From an uncultured virus (IMG/VR IMGVR_UViG_3300021142_000034) (Duplodnaviria; Heunggongvirae; Uroviricota; Caudoviricetes), in IMG/VR virus record IMGVR_UViG_3300021142_000034: a stretch of DNA of 64,000 bases. The stretch is one strand, 5' to 3'. The translations under genes were made by a program, and so were the position numbers. Shown here in pieces: positions 46,525 to 56,173 of this stretch. The notes beneath the pieces are model-generated. The model did no database searches and was not told the DNA's origin. It saw only the letters and a program-made list of their open reading frames with translations. Each line of letters opens with the position of its first letter. Position 1 is the stretch's first letter.

Positions 46525-46705
46525 TTTGTTTCTCCAGAATCGGCGCAACAAGATATTCGGGGCACTGCTGCGTGAATAGGCACTTGGGCTTTTGGCACTG
46601 TGCGTCCGTGAAATGATCGGGATTTTGGCAAATGTATCTGTAGCGGTCCTCGCAGCCAGCCAGTAAGCCAAGCGTCAGGGCGATAGCGGCAAACACGTAT
46701 TTCAT
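46496..46705 (-). CDS. Small Cys-rich lipoprotein
   Basis: Lipobox LAGC; EDRYRYICQNP..CQKPKC..CPE. Confidence 0.75.
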   Translation of the reverse strand: MKYVFAAIALTLGLLAGCEDRYRYICQNPDHFTDAQCQKPKCLFTQQCPEYLVAPILEKQIEAPKPPSQ

Positions 46706-46713
46706 TTAACCCC

Positions 46714-46863
46714 CTAAAACGGCAGCTTTGAAAGCGCTGCATCCATCACCCGTGCCGCTAATGGCTCGGGGAGCGACTTTACAAAGTCTAAAAACCACCA
46801 GACGCAAGCGACATAGCAAAAGACTTTGAAGAACTTTTTAAAGCCTTCGACAACTTCTTTCAT
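46714..46863 (-). CDS. 49-aa membrane microprotein
   Basis: TGATG coupling; FFKVFCYVACVWWFLDF. Confidence 0.55.
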   Translation of the reverse strand: MKEVVEGFKKFFKVFCYVACVWWFLDFVKSLPEPLAARVMDAALSKLPF

Positions 46864-47363
46864 CAGTGGCACCCGTATTTATTGCAATGAAGGTAAAAAT
46901 AAATGCCGCCCCAAACCATTAGACCAAAGATAACCAGAGACAAGATGCTGATGACAGCAAAGTCAATTGCCTCGCGTAACTCTTTCTTGCGTTTAGCCTC
47001 AGCCGCTTTAGCCCTGGCGATCTCTTTAGCCGCCTCGGCTTCCATCGCAGCCGCACGCTTTTTGATATTCATCCACACGTCCATTTTGCCGGACGAGAAG
47101 AATAGATTCTTGAGTGACTCTTCAAATTCTCGGGCTTGCTCAAGAGCCATTTCTAGCTCAAGAGCTTTACCCATAGCCGAGCCTTTAAAGCCGCCCGACT
47201 TAGCCTGAGATACGACCTTAATCGCATCGACTTTGGCGTCAAAGTATTTCCCCAGAACAGGGCCGAGACTACCAAGGTCATTGGCAGTTTGTGAGGCTTT
47301 TTTGACCAGCTTGATAGCTGACTGCACCGCATCCAGCGCGGCAAACGGATCAATAGGAATCAT
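46863..47363 (-). CDS. Hypothetical protein with C-terminal TM helix
   Basis: MIPIDPFAAL..; coiled coil then TM; GGAG SD. Confidence 0.7.
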   Translation of the reverse strand: MIPIDPFAALDAVQSAIKLVKKASQTANDLGSLGPVLGKYFDAKVDAIKVVSQAKSGGFKGSAMGKALELEMALEQAREFEESLKNLFFSSGKMDVWMNIKKRAAAMEAEAAKEIARAKAAEAKRKKELREAIDFAVISILSLVIFGLMVWGGIYFYLHCNKYGCH

Positions 47364-47400
47364 GCTCCACCTATGGGGAAAGCGGCACAAGGCCGCTGGT

Positions 47401-47592
47401 TTACTGCACTGGATCGGAAGCCGGAGCTTCTTTCAATTCAGGCATTGGGACTTGCGGGATAGCCTGCTCTCGGATGGATTGCACCAGATCAGCCACTTGT
47501 TCGTAAGGGGCTTTAGCCAATGCAGCCAGTACCATATTGACAGCGCCCAAGGGCAAGGTCAAAGAGATAGGCGTGTTCAGTTCTTCGTTCAT
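47401..47592 (-). CDS. Hypothetical protein (tail-fibre associated)
   Basis: VNMVLAALAKAPYEQVADLVQSIREQA. Confidence 0.7.
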   Translation of the reverse strand: MNEELNTPISLTLPLGAVNMVLAALAKAPYEQVADLVQSIREQAIPQVPMPELKEAPASDPVQ

Positions 47593-47646
47593 GTTTAAAC
47601 TCCAGCAGCGGCTGAGATGGGGCAGCCGTGTAACCCCTTGAACGTA

Positions 47647-47964
47647 TTATGCCGTAGCCCAAGGCAATGGCGTGTTTTGAGGGCTGACAGGAGGGGTAAT
47701 CATGCTGTCGATTTGGCCTTGCACACAAGCCTGTGCGCTTGCGATTTGCTCTGCGGGAATCCACGCAATGACTTGAGCGGGTTGCAAATCTGCGTATGGG
47801 GTGTAGCCCGTTTCGCCTTGGGTGGGAGTGAATTGGCAGTTGCCATCGATGCTGGCGGTATGTTGACCGTCAACTCCGGTGACCTCATAAATCACGTTTA
47901 CAACATACCCCGTTGGATTGGGGATGGTGAACATCTGTTTGATGGTGGTGGTGAAGGTGGTCAT
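47647..47964 (-). CDS. Putative tail-fibre accessory protein
   Basis: YTPYADL...VIAWI...PLPW; AAGGA SD; follows the fibre gene. Confidence 0.7.
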   Translation of the reverse strand: MTTFTTTIKQMFTIPNPTGYVVNVIYEVTGVDGQHTASIDGNCQFTPTQGETGYTPYADLQPAQVIAWIPAEQIASAQACVQGQIDSMITPPVSPQNTPLPWATA

Positions 47965-47983
47965 GATATTTTCCTTTCGGGGG

Positions 47984-50900
47984 TTAAGCGATGCCTGCGT
48001 TTGCAAGGCGTTTACGGAGGGATTGGATTTCTGCTACCAAGTCAGCAATGACTTCTGGTGTGCTTGGTTGCATTGCTTGATAAACTGGGTTTCCTTTGGC
48101 ATCAACAGCATCTTTTGTTCCTGTCACGCTGTTTTCATACACTTCTTGGAATTCATGCGCCAAAAAACCTCGAGCATTTGCGCCACTATCTTTCCATTTG
48201 TAATCAATGGGCTTCAAAGCATCAATTCGTTCACCTTGCCCCGTTACTGCGCCAATAACATTTTTTAAACGGTAATCAGAAGTGGTGTTGTAAATAACAG
48301 CGTTAGTAGTTGTGACTCTTGTAATAGAGCCAATTGAAGTGGTTGCAGAATTTCTAAATTGAATATATCCGTTACCGCTTGCATCGTCTGTTGAAACAAG
48401 ACCAAGCTGGTTAGAAGTAGCGCCAGTAGAAGCAAAACGAACTTTATCAGTGCCTGCAAATGTAGTCCCCACCAAGAAGTTACCCGAGCCATCAAAAATA
48501 CCCCGTGGATTCCCATCCCCATCAGACAGCACGATGTAGTTGTTTGCTGTGCGGATGTCTAGGCCGCCTTGGTTGCCGTTGTATGCGCCAAGGATTGAGT
48601 TCTTTGTGCCAGAAGTTATTAGGTTTCCAGAGCCATAACCAATAAAAGTATTTAAACTAACTCCACCAGCGCCAACTGTGTTGTATCCAGCAATATAACC
48701 AACGTATGTTCCATAAGCACCAGTTGCATTGCTATACCCCGCTTGATAACCTATAGCAGTGTTGCTGGATGCTGTGGTGTTTGACTGAAGCGCATCTGCG
48801 CCAATGGCAGTGTTGTAAGAACCCGTTGTATTGCTTCTTAACGCGCCACCAGATACGTTTCCACCAAACGCCACATTTCCAGTACCAGTGGTATTGGAGA
48901 GCATGGAGTAGTAGCCATACGCAGTGTTGTTGGCGGCGGTGTTGTTGTACAGCGACCAGAAACCAGCCGCCACGTTGCCGCCGTTGGTTGTGTTGCTTAT
49001 CAAGGCTTGATGACCAATGGCTACGTTATTGTTACCAGTGGTGTTGCTAGAAAGGGCTTGCGTACCAATCGCTACGTTTTGCGCTCCTGTGGTGTTGTAA
49101 TAAGCTGCCTGATAACCTACAGCAGTGTTGTTTGATGCTGTGGTGTTTGAGGCAAGAGCAGATATACCAATTGCGGTGTTGTATGAACCTGTTGTATTGG
49201 TTTGTAGTGCGGCGGCGGTTATGCCATTGTTGCCACCAACGGCTACGTTTGATAATCCAGTCGTGTTTCCGTTTAGCGCATACGCCCCAACAGCCACCAT
49301 GCCAATACCCGCAGTGTTTGCGTAAAGCGATTGATAACCAACAGCAGTGTTATTAGAGGCTGTGGTGTTGGAGTAGAGGGCGTAATTGCCAAGCGCAGTA
49401 TTTGCGCCGCCAGTAGTGTTTGCGGTTAACGCAACGTGACCAACAGCCGTGTTATTTGCGCCAGTTGTATTTGCATAAAGTGATTGAATACCTACCGCAA
49501 CATGGTCAGCTCCGGTGGTGTTGCTATACAGTGCTTTTTGACCAAGGGCGGTTACCGACCCAGTTGTATTACTGTATCCAGCCTGATAACCTACAGCAGT
49601 GTTGTTTGAGGCTGTGGTGTTGGAGTTAAGGGCCAGTTGACCAATGGCAGTGTTGTACAAACCGCTTGTGTTTGACAAAAGCGCCTGATAGCCAACCGCA
49701 GTAATATTCCCGCCCGTTGCGGCTGTTCCTGCCTGATAACCAAGCAAAGACAAACCTGCCGAAGTCGTGTTTGATGCGCCAGCCTGATAACCAACAGCAG
49801 TATTTAATGAGCCACTTGTATTAGCCGCTAAAGCGCTATAACCCACCGCAGTGTTGGTAGACACAGCACCTGCACCACGGCCTACAGTCAGTCCGCTTAT
49901 AGATGCGTCTAAAGTGCTTCTAATGCCACCTGATACATCCAACTTATAAGCAGGCGAACTCGTCCCAATACCCAGACCTGTGCTGGTCAGGCGCATTTGT
50001 TCGCTACCTTTAAACCAAGCAAGGTCTGCGCTTCCTGATGGAATATAGTTATACCAGTCAGCAGTTGTTCCACCAGTTCGAACAAGATTTAATCCAACAT
50101 TTCCTGACCCTGCTGTTGTTGCTCTAAGGTCACCAGTAGCAATTACTTTACCATTACCATTGGTAAAATCAGTACCATCAAACGTCAGCGCAGAACCAGT
50201 AGTCAGCGCACTTGTAGACGATGCGTAGACAACACCGTTAGCGGTGAATGAGGTTAAGCCTGTACCGCCGTTAGTAGTTGCAAGAGTACCGGCAAGAGTA
50301 ATAGCGCCGCTTGTTGCCGAGCTTGGGGTAAAGCCCGTAGTTCCAGCACTGAATGTCGTTACCGCAACACCAGACAATGTAGACCACTGTGGGGCCGAGC
50401 CAGAAGATGTGAGAATCTGGCCGTTTGTGCCAATACCCAGCTTGGACAATGTTGTTCCAGATGCGTAGTAAGGAAGATCACCAGCGGTGTAAGACGATAA
50501 TCCCGTGCCGCCATAAGCGGTCGTCAAAGCGTTTGTCAGGTTTAAAGTGTTGGCTGTTAATGTAGTTCCATTAAACGTCAGCGCAGAACCAGTAGTAAGC
50601 ACCTTAGAGCCATTGAGGTATGCTACTCCGTTGGCTGTGCCTGCCGTCAAAATGATATTGCCGTTGCTCAGGGTAAAGTTGCCCGAAGTGTCCAGTTGCG
50701 CTTGCTGACTTCCGTTTGTGTAGAACGACAACGGTAAATACGTTCCCGTCCCGTTAATGCCAGACACCAATTGCACATCGGTTGAGCCGTTTGTGGCAAT
50801 TAAAATCTTGGATGCGTTGGTGGGGTTGCTGTTGTTGAATGCCTGCCAAGAAGCAGCCGTACTGGTGCCGTTAGGCAAGGCATAAATGCCCGTCGTAGCA

Positions 50901-51565
50901 TTGGTTGTACTGGTTTGGAAAGATGTACGGTTAGCAAACGTAGCGTTACTAAAGTCGCCTTGGAACAAGGCGCCGACACCAGCGGCGCCCAAGCCCAAAA
51001 CCGTACCTGTGAAAGTCAGGTTAGCCGAGTCTTGGAGTAAACCGCCAGTACCGGCATAAGTCACCCGACCGGAAGTCAGGCTTGTATCCGTGATGGAACT
51101 AAACGTCGCAACACCGTTTGTATTGCTGATCTTTACAAAGTCACCGGCAACGCTGTTCCAGAAGATAATGGCTTTTTCGCCGTTGACAATCGTGACACCA
51201 GTAGTGGGTCCGGTAACGCCACGAACGATAATTGAGTAGCCACCGCTTGTAGAGTTGTTGACCACAAACATCTTGCTTGAGTTAGGAGCATTGATGTATC
51301 TGTTTGCAGTGCGAGCTCCCGTGCACAGCAAGTGCATGTACTGAGCCGTAGTTGAGTTAGGAGAAGCAACAAGGTTTGAGCCAGCGCTGCTGCCGTTTGT
51401 GATGGACAGCGTGATGTCCAAGTCGTTCGTGATGTTGTTTGTACCAGCTATTGCAACGTCAACATAGACAGTGATACCGTTGTTAACATCATCGCCCCAG
51501 GTACCAGATTCTGTGCCGGTTACTGGTTCAGCTAAACCCAAAAGTGTGGTGTAGTTAATAGTCAT
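47984..51565 (-). CDS. Tail fibre with NTAVGYQAL beta-repeats and C-terminal peptidase S74 chaperone
   Basis: More than 20 14-aa N(T/V)A(V/I)G..AL..NTT repeats; TSDYRLK..LKP..Y.W..GFLAHE. Confidence 0.88.
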   Translation of the reverse strand: MTINYTTLLGLAEPVTGTESGTWGDDVNNGITVYVDVAIAGTNNITNDLDITLSITNGSSAGSNLVASPNSTTAQYMHLLCTGARTANRYINAPNSSKMFVVNNSTSGGYSIIVRGVTGPTTGVTIVNGEKAIIFWNSVAGDFVKISNTNGVATFSSITDTSLTSGRVTYAGTGGLLQDSANLTFTGTVLGLGAAGVGALFQGDFSNATFANRTSFQTSTTNATTGIYALPNGTSTAASWQAFNNSNPTNASKILIATNGSTDVQLVSGINGTGTYLPLSFYTNGSQQAQLDTSGNFTLSNGNIILTAGTANGVAYLNGSKVLTTGSALTFNGTTLTANTLNLTNALTTAYGGTGLSSYTAGDLPYYASGTTLSKLGIGTNGQILTSSGSAPQWSTLSGVAVTTFSAGTTGFTPSSATSGAITLAGTLATTNGGTGLTSFTANGVVYASSTSALTTGSALTFDGTDFTNGNGKVIATGDLRATTAGSGNVGLNLVRTGGTTADWYNYIPSGSADLAWFKGSEQMRLTSTGLGIGTSSPAYKLDVSGGIRSTLDASISGLTVGRGAGAVSTNTAVGYSALAANTSGSLNTAVGYQAGASNTTSAGLSLLGYQAGTAATGGNITAVGYQALLSNTSGLYNTAIGQLALNSNTTASNNTAVGYQAGYSNTTGSVTALGQKALYSNTTGADHVAVGIQSLYANTTGANNTAVGHVALTANTTGGANTALGNYALYSNTTASNNTAVGYQSLYANTAGIGMVAVGAYALNGNTTGLSNVAVGGNNGITAAALQTNTTGSYNTAIGISALASNTTASNNTAVGYQAAYYNTTGAQNVAIGTQALSSNTTGNNNVAIGHQALISNTTNGGNVAAGFWSLYNNTAANNTAYGYYSMLSNTTGTGNVAFGGNVSGGALRSNTTGSYNTAIGADALQSNTTASSNTAIGYQAGYSNATGAYGTYVGYIAGYNTVGAGGVSLNTFIGYGSGNLITSGTKNSILGAYNGNQGGLDIRTANNYIVLSDGDGNPRGIFDGSGNFLVGTTFAGTDKVRFASTGATSNQLGLVSTDDASGNGYIQFRNSATTSIGSITRVTTTNAVIYNTTSDYRLKNVIGAVTGQGERIDALKPIDYKWKDSGANARGFLAHEFQEVYENSVTGTKDAVDAKGNPVYQAMQPSTPEVIADLVAEIQSLRKRLANAGIA

Positions 51566-51573
51566 CTTATTTC

Positions 51574-52584
51574 CTATTGTGTGGGTACGGGCACCCAACT
51601 TGGAGAATCAACATCAGACACTGCCGTCCATGAAGGTGAATCTGGGTTCGCAACGTTAGTCCAGTTTGGTGTCTGCGCCGTGTTTACGCTTGACCAGCCA
51701 GGGCTTTCGGCATCATTGATATTTTGCCACGAAGGAGTCTGATTGTCATTGACTAAACTCCAATAACTAATCGCCAAAGTCTGGACCGTTCCAGCGGCTC
51801 CAACCCCTATTAACTGAGCAGTTCTGCCGCCCATCGTGACAGAACCAACCAGTCCATTTGCACCAACGCCAGTCAGCGCAACCGTGACATTTGAAGAAAG
51901 GTTTCCTACTTGACCATTGGCGACAACCGGACCAAGAGGAACAGACATTGCCCCAACCTGACCGGTAGCGTTATTGCCTGTAATGCCTAATTGAGTATTT
52001 GGAGATACAGTTCCAACTTGACCCGTTGTACCAACGCCGGTCAAAGCAATCGTTAAGCTGGTTCCAACCGATCCTACGGAGCCTATAGCTACGTTACCAA
52101 CATCCCCGTCTGTGTTGTTAGCCACCAATTGACCAACAGACCCGGAAGTAGAAACACCGGTGATACTTTGTGTTTGTGAGCTGGTAACCGATCCGGTAAA
52201 CCCGCTTGCCAGCACACCAGACAAGGCGGCTGCATTACTGACGGAGACAGATCCAACCGATCCAGAAGATCCAACGCCAGTCAGGGCAATTGTAATGTTG
52301 ACCGTTTGAGAGCCAACCGCACCGCTTGCGCCAACACCCGTTAGGCTGATCGTTACATTAGAGGAGACAGTGCCGACGTTACCGCTTGCTGCAACGCCGG
52401 AAAGGCTATCGGTATCCTGCTCTGAGACAGTTCCGACATTACCAGTTGCTCCAACACCAGTCAGAGCAATCGTGATATTGGGAGAGGCAGTTCCTACTGC
52501 TCCAGAGGCGGGGTCACCAGTTAATGGGGTACTACCAAATCCCCATACACCGCTGCCCCAAGCGCCACTGCCCCACCCGGACAT
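51574..52584 (-). CDS. Virion structural protein (G/S/T/V-rich repeats)
   Basis: GWGSGAWGSGVWG start; LTGV.A.G.VG repeats; W-spaced C-terminal repeats. Confidence 0.75.
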   Translation of the reverse strand: MSGWGSGAWGSGVWGFGSTPLTGDPASGAVGTASPNITIALTGVGATGNVGTVSEQDTDSLSGVAASGNVGTVSSNVTISLTGVGASGAVGSQTVNITIALTGVGSSGSVGSVSVSNAAALSGVLASGFTGSVTSSQTQSITGVSTSGSVGQLVANNTDGDVGNVAIGSVGSVGTSLTIALTGVGTTGQVGTVSPNTQLGITGNNATGQVGAMSVPLGPVVANGQVGNLSSNVTVALTGVGANGLVGSVTMGGRTAQLIGVGAAGTVQTLAISYWSLVNDNQTPSWQNINDAESPGWSSVNTAQTPNWTNVANPDSPSWTAVSDVDSPSWVPVPTQ

Positions 52585-52594
52585 AAATCACCTA

Positions 52595-53071
52595 TTAGGT
52601 GGTAGACAAGCGCAGCAAAGCAGTTGTCGTAGTGTTAGAAGGCATGGTCAAAGTAAACGTGCCAGCAGTGATGGTTTGCGCACCGAACGTGTGAACGCTG
52701 ACAGCAGCATTGCTCTGAGTTGAGTTATAGATCAACACAGTGTCAAAAGCCGTAGTCAAAGTCACGCCCGAATAAACCAAGTTACCCGATGGAGTCCAAT
52801 AACCCACACCTGCTGTAGGCGATGAGTTGGTGGACGTAGGCGCAGTAGCGTTAGTCACCGCAATACCGCCAGCCGTATAGCCGGTACCCGATACCTCGTT
52901 GGTAGCAGAGTAAGCCGTAGTGGCAGCGTTAATGGTGGCCGTAGTTACGTACAAAGCTGCTTTAAAGGTGTCGGCAGCAGTCGTTCCACGGGTGGGCGCA
53001 GTGCCAAAGTTATGAGTCGCAGTCAATAACTGGCCCAAAAAAGAAGTGCACATTGATTGAGTGTTGGAAAT
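52595..53071 (-). CDS. Virion structural protein with apparent ATT start (first ATG at 53053)
   Basis: AAAGGA SD 6 nt before ATT; ISNTQSMCTSF aligns with paralogue MSIVQGQTTSF; FKAALY, GTGYTAGG. Confidence 0.75.
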   Translation of the reverse strand: MSNTQSMCTSFLGQLLTATHNFGTAPTRGTTAADTFKAALYVTTATINAATTAYSATNEVSGTGYTAGGIAVTNATAPTSTNSSPTAGVGYWTPSGNLVYSGVTLTTAFDTVLIYNSTQSNAAVSVHTFGAQTITAGTFTLTMPSNTTTTALLRLSTT

Positions 53072-53100
53072 GATAGTTCCTTTCGTGGGCTATGCCCATC

Positions 53101-53559
53101 TTAAGTTTGTGCTTGATAACCGCGATTGTTATTGCGGATAAAACTTATATGCCCTTGAGTAACACCAAGAATTTCTGCAATTTCCCTCTGCAATCCCTTG
53201 GCAGTTCTTGCAAATTCTACTTGCTCATTGGTTAATTTTGCTCGTCCATGCAATTCTCCAACACGCATTCTCATCTTTTGTTTTGCATCTTGCATGTTTT
53301 CTTTTCTTGTTCCAAGCTTTAAATGCTCTGGATTTACGCAAGCAGGCGTGTCGCATGAATGCATCACATCTCTTGTGTCAAGAGGACCATTAAAAAGTCT
53401 AAAAGATGCCCGGTGCGCAAGCTCATTTTTTGCTGGAGTCCTAAAAAGACCATATCCATTTTTCATGCGGTAAGCAGACCAAAGCCAGCAGCCATTCTCG
53501 GCTTTATGTATTTTTGACATAAAGCGTTCAACTTCCGACATTTTTTGCTTAGCCGCCAC
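53101..53559 (-). CDS. Free-standing HNH homing endonuclease with C-terminal HTH
   Basis: CWLW..GYG..LAHRAS..VMHSCDTPACVNPEHL..GT..ENMQD; QREIAEILGVTQGHIS. Confidence 0.9.
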   Translation of the reverse strand: MAAKQKMSEVERFMSKIHKAENGCWLWSAYRMKNGYGLFRTPAKNELAHRASFRLFNGPLDTRDVMHSCDTPACVNPEHLKLGTRKENMQDAKQKMRMRVGELHGRAKLTNEQVEFARTAKGLQREIAEILGVTQGHISFIRNNNRGYQAQT

Positions 53560-53569
53560 GGTAGGCTCC

Positions 53570-53764
53570 TTAAGCTATTGATGCGGCAACTAAATCCGCA
53601 AAGGGTGATTTCTTTAGGGTCACATGAACAGACCGATGCACCAGCTCAGAGTCTTTCCAATACTCAACCCAAGTGGTTAACTCGTTGTCATCTTCAAACG
53701 TTCCATCCTTGCGCTCAAGCAAAGAGTCGTCCATATCGCCGTAAGTGGTTGTGACAATCATCAA
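53570..53764 (-). CDS. Conserved hypothetical protein
   Basis: TTYGDMDDSLLE..TWVEYW..ELVHRSVHVTLK. Confidence 0.75.
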   Translation of the reverse strand: MMIVTTTYGDMDDSLLERKDGTFEDDNELTTWVEYWKDSELVHRSVHVTLKKSPFADLVAASIA

Positions 53765-54186
53765 GCGCTCCTGATCAAAGCAGTGTTGTATGCATTAGCT
53801 GGCATGGTCACCGTGAATGTATTTGAGCAGCTCTTGTCTGATCCAAAGTCAATCACAGCAATCGAAGCATTGCTAGCCGTGCGATCATAAATCAGAGCGC
53901 AGCGTGCCGTAAATGCAGCAGGGTTCCATACAACGTTATTCCAGTTGATATAGGCTACGCCACTGTTAGCATTGAAGTTAATGCTGATCCCAGTCATCAG
54001 TTTCCCGCCAGCCGTATAGCCAGTTCCAACAACTTCATTGACTGAGCTGTAAGCAGTTGTCGCCAAATTCAAGGTGGCATTGCTCGTATACAGCGCCATG
54101 TAGATGGAATCTGAAGACAAGTTAAAAACACCACCCGTATACAGCTGGTACTTAAAACTTGTGGTTTGACCTTGGACTATGCTCAT
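53761..54186 (-). CDS. Virion structural protein (paralogue of 52595-53071)
   Basis: TSFK, MALYT, TTAYS..NEV.GTGYTAGG, FTAR.ALIY, DFG.DK. Confidence 0.8.
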   Translation of the reverse strand: MSIVQGQTTSFKYQLYTGGVFNLSSDSIYMALYTSNATLNLATTAYSSVNEVVGTGYTAGGKLMTGISINFNANSGVAYINWNNVVWNPAAFTARCALIYDRTASNASIAVIDFGSDKSCSNTFTVTMPANAYNTALIRSA

Positions 54187-55286
54187 GGTACGGGTTGAAT
54201 CCTAGTTTGACCAGAACGATAAGCATCCTGGCGGTCCATACCATCGCCCAGCCGCTTAGCAATTGCCAATGCTTCTTTGTACTTGTTATCGTAAAAAGCG
54301 ATTAAATCTTTATCGCCTTTTTGATAAGTGTAGGCTTCAACTAAAGTCCCGTACAAAAGCACAGAATCAAAGTTATTACCTAGCCAAGACTGACCGACTG
54401 CGTTTGTAATCGTTGACACTGGCACTGTAAAACCAACACCAGAATTACCCAAGTATGTATTGGCAACCGTCAAGGAATCACCAGCCACATAGCCAGTTCC
54501 GCCTGAAGTAATTGTTGCTGAAGTAACGACACCAGCCGTTACTACGATGTTTGCATAGGCACTTGTGCCCGTTCCGCCAGACAAGGGAACGTTGTAGTAA
54601 GTGCCGCTCACATACCCAGAGCCGCCATTGGTAATCGCTCCAAGAGCCGTGATAGGCGCTTGAATAATTGAGTCTGGATAAAAGAAATAGTGCAGCTCTG
54701 CGTTGTAGTTCTGATCCGGCGTAGGACCGACCATGAACGCCAGATACAAAGGAGCCGAGCTCTGCGGACCAAACAAAGCATAGTGCCTTGGCAAATTTTG
54801 ATAACTTGAAGTTGGATAGCACTCACGAATAAAGTTCACGTCTTTATTCAAAAGATACAAGTAATCCGTCTGGAAAACTACCAGACCAGATACCGCCCCA
54901 ATGTTGTACTGAGACAAAGTTATCGTTGTTCCAGAAACACTCAAAACCTTGCACTGGTTGCCGATATTCGTACCGGAGACAGACTGACCAGCAAAGATGC
55001 CCGTGTTAGAAGCAACAGTGATTGTGTTTGTGCTTACAGTTCCTGTGGCTGTGGTACTTACACTTGAGTAAACCGCCAATGAATAAGGAGCAAGAAAATC
55101 ATTGGGGCAAGCCAAGTAGGAATTACCAGCAGTCAATACGCCAGTCACGTTCTTACGCAATGACGGAAACTGAACAGAGTTAAATACCCTCTGCTCAGCT
55201 TGCGTGATAAACGTATTGATGTTAACCGTCTGGAACGTGTATTCCAGATACGAGTTAACTTCAGTGACTAGCTGGCTGTAATTCAT
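54183..55286 (-). CDS. Putative head-tail adaptor / tail tubular protein with inserted beta domains
   Basis: MNYSQL..FITQAEQR..LLNKDVNFIRE..GPTPD..LLYGTLVEAY..DAYRSG. Confidence 0.75.
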   Translation of the reverse strand: MNYSQLVTEVNSYLEYTFQTVNINTFITQAEQRVFNSVQFPSLRKNVTGVLTAGNSYLACPNDFLAPYSLAVYSSVSTTATGTVSTNTITVASNTGIFAGQSVSGTNIGNQCKVLSVSGTTITLSQYNIGAVSGLVVFQTDYLYLLNKDVNFIRECYPTSSYQNLPRHYALFGPQSSAPLYLAFMVGPTPDQNYNAELHYFFYPDSIIQAPITALGAITNGGSGYVSGTYYNVPLSGGTGTSAYANIVVTAGVVTSATITSGGTGYVAGDSLTVANTYLGNSGVGFTVPVSTITNAVGQSWLGNNFDSVLLYGTLVEAYTYQKGDKDLIAFYDNKYKEALAIAKRLGDGMDRQDAYRSGQTRIQPVP

Positions 55287-55546
55287 GCCATCGGACCCCG
55301 AGCATAAACACCACGCTCAGCTGCGCCCGTGCCGCGAATGCGAGTCTTGCCTTCAGGCACTACAGCATTGCCGGTGTTTGAATCTTTGTCTGGATCAATA
55401 CCCAGCGTATCACGCATGTGCAAAGGAGCCCCATCCATGCGATGAGGCTTTGCATACTTGGCTGCGGGTTCGTTATGAACAACACGGGGTTTAACGATAG
55501 CCGGACTATTCTTTTTAGTCGGCTTGACAATTTTAGCTGTAGCCAT
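55283..55546 (-). CDS. Small basic late protein
   Basis: GAGG SD; C-terminal RGTGAAERG..ARGPMA. Confidence 0.7.
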   Translation of the reverse strand: MATAKIVKPTKKNSPAIVKPRVVHNEPAAKYAKPHRMDGAPLHMRDTLGIDPDKDSNTGNAVVPEGKTRIRGTGAAERGVYARGPMA

Positions 55547-55547
55547 A

Positions 55548-55775
55548 TTAGCCTCCACGCTGATAGCCAGCCCGAGCCAAATTGCGGCCAACAGACTTCA
55601 TGCTATCTTGGTTAACACCAGCAATACCGCCCTTAGCGTAGTGCTTGATCTTGCCGCCTTTTTTGAGCTTGCTCAGATCGGTTTTCTTGTGCTCATGCAG
55701 CTGCTTGTCGTGCATACCAAAAGCCTTTTTAATCAGCTTTTTGTCTTCTTTGATGTCATCGTGTTTAGCCATCAT
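55548..55775 (-). CDS. Small basic late protein
   Basis: DIKEDKKLIKKAF.MHD..LKKGG..YAKGG..GRNLARA. Confidence 0.75.
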   Translation of the reverse strand: MMAKHDDIKEDKKLIKKAFGMHDKQLHEHKKTDLSKLKKGGKIKHYAKGGIAGVNQDSMKSVGRNLARAGYQRGG

Positions 55776-55783
55776 TAGCTCCT

Positions 55784-56173
55784 TTAGGATGTGGAAATTG
55801 TAACTTGACCCACAGAAGTTGTGGAGATTAAATTGTTTGGCGTTAACACGGAATCAAACTGTGAAGCTCCGCCAATCGGGTTCCATCCCCACTGAATATC
55901 CCTTGAGCCACCAGAAGGCAAACCAAGCGCATTCAATCCAGAAGTTACATAAGTAATGTCAGGTCTTGGCTGACGCACCGCTTGAGGATCATCAACCGGA
56001 TACATGCCCAATTGCAACTGCGGCTGATCTGGGTCCCAGCATTCTGGGCAAACTTTCAGCTGATAGAGCTTGGTCTTAATGACCTCCATCTTCAGCTGCT
56101 TGAGCTTATACCGCTGACCGCATCTATCGCACTCACTTATGCTGTATTTACCAGACGCAAATCTATTTCCCAT
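55784..56173 (-). CDS. Zn-ribbon late protein
   Basis: CDRCG...VCPECWDPDQPQL..PRPD. Confidence 0.8.
   Translation of the reverse strand: MGNRFASGKYSISECDRCGQRYKLKQLKMEVIKTKLYQLKVCPECWDPDQPQLQLGMYPVDDPQAVRQPRPDITYVTSGLNALGLPSGGSRDIQWGWNPIGGASQFDSVLTPNNLISTTSVGQVTISTS

Noticed and set aside
53072..53570. Group I intron carrying the HNH
   Set aside because: Only about 30 nt downstream and 10 nt upstream of the ORF are non-coding, too little for a ribozyme core
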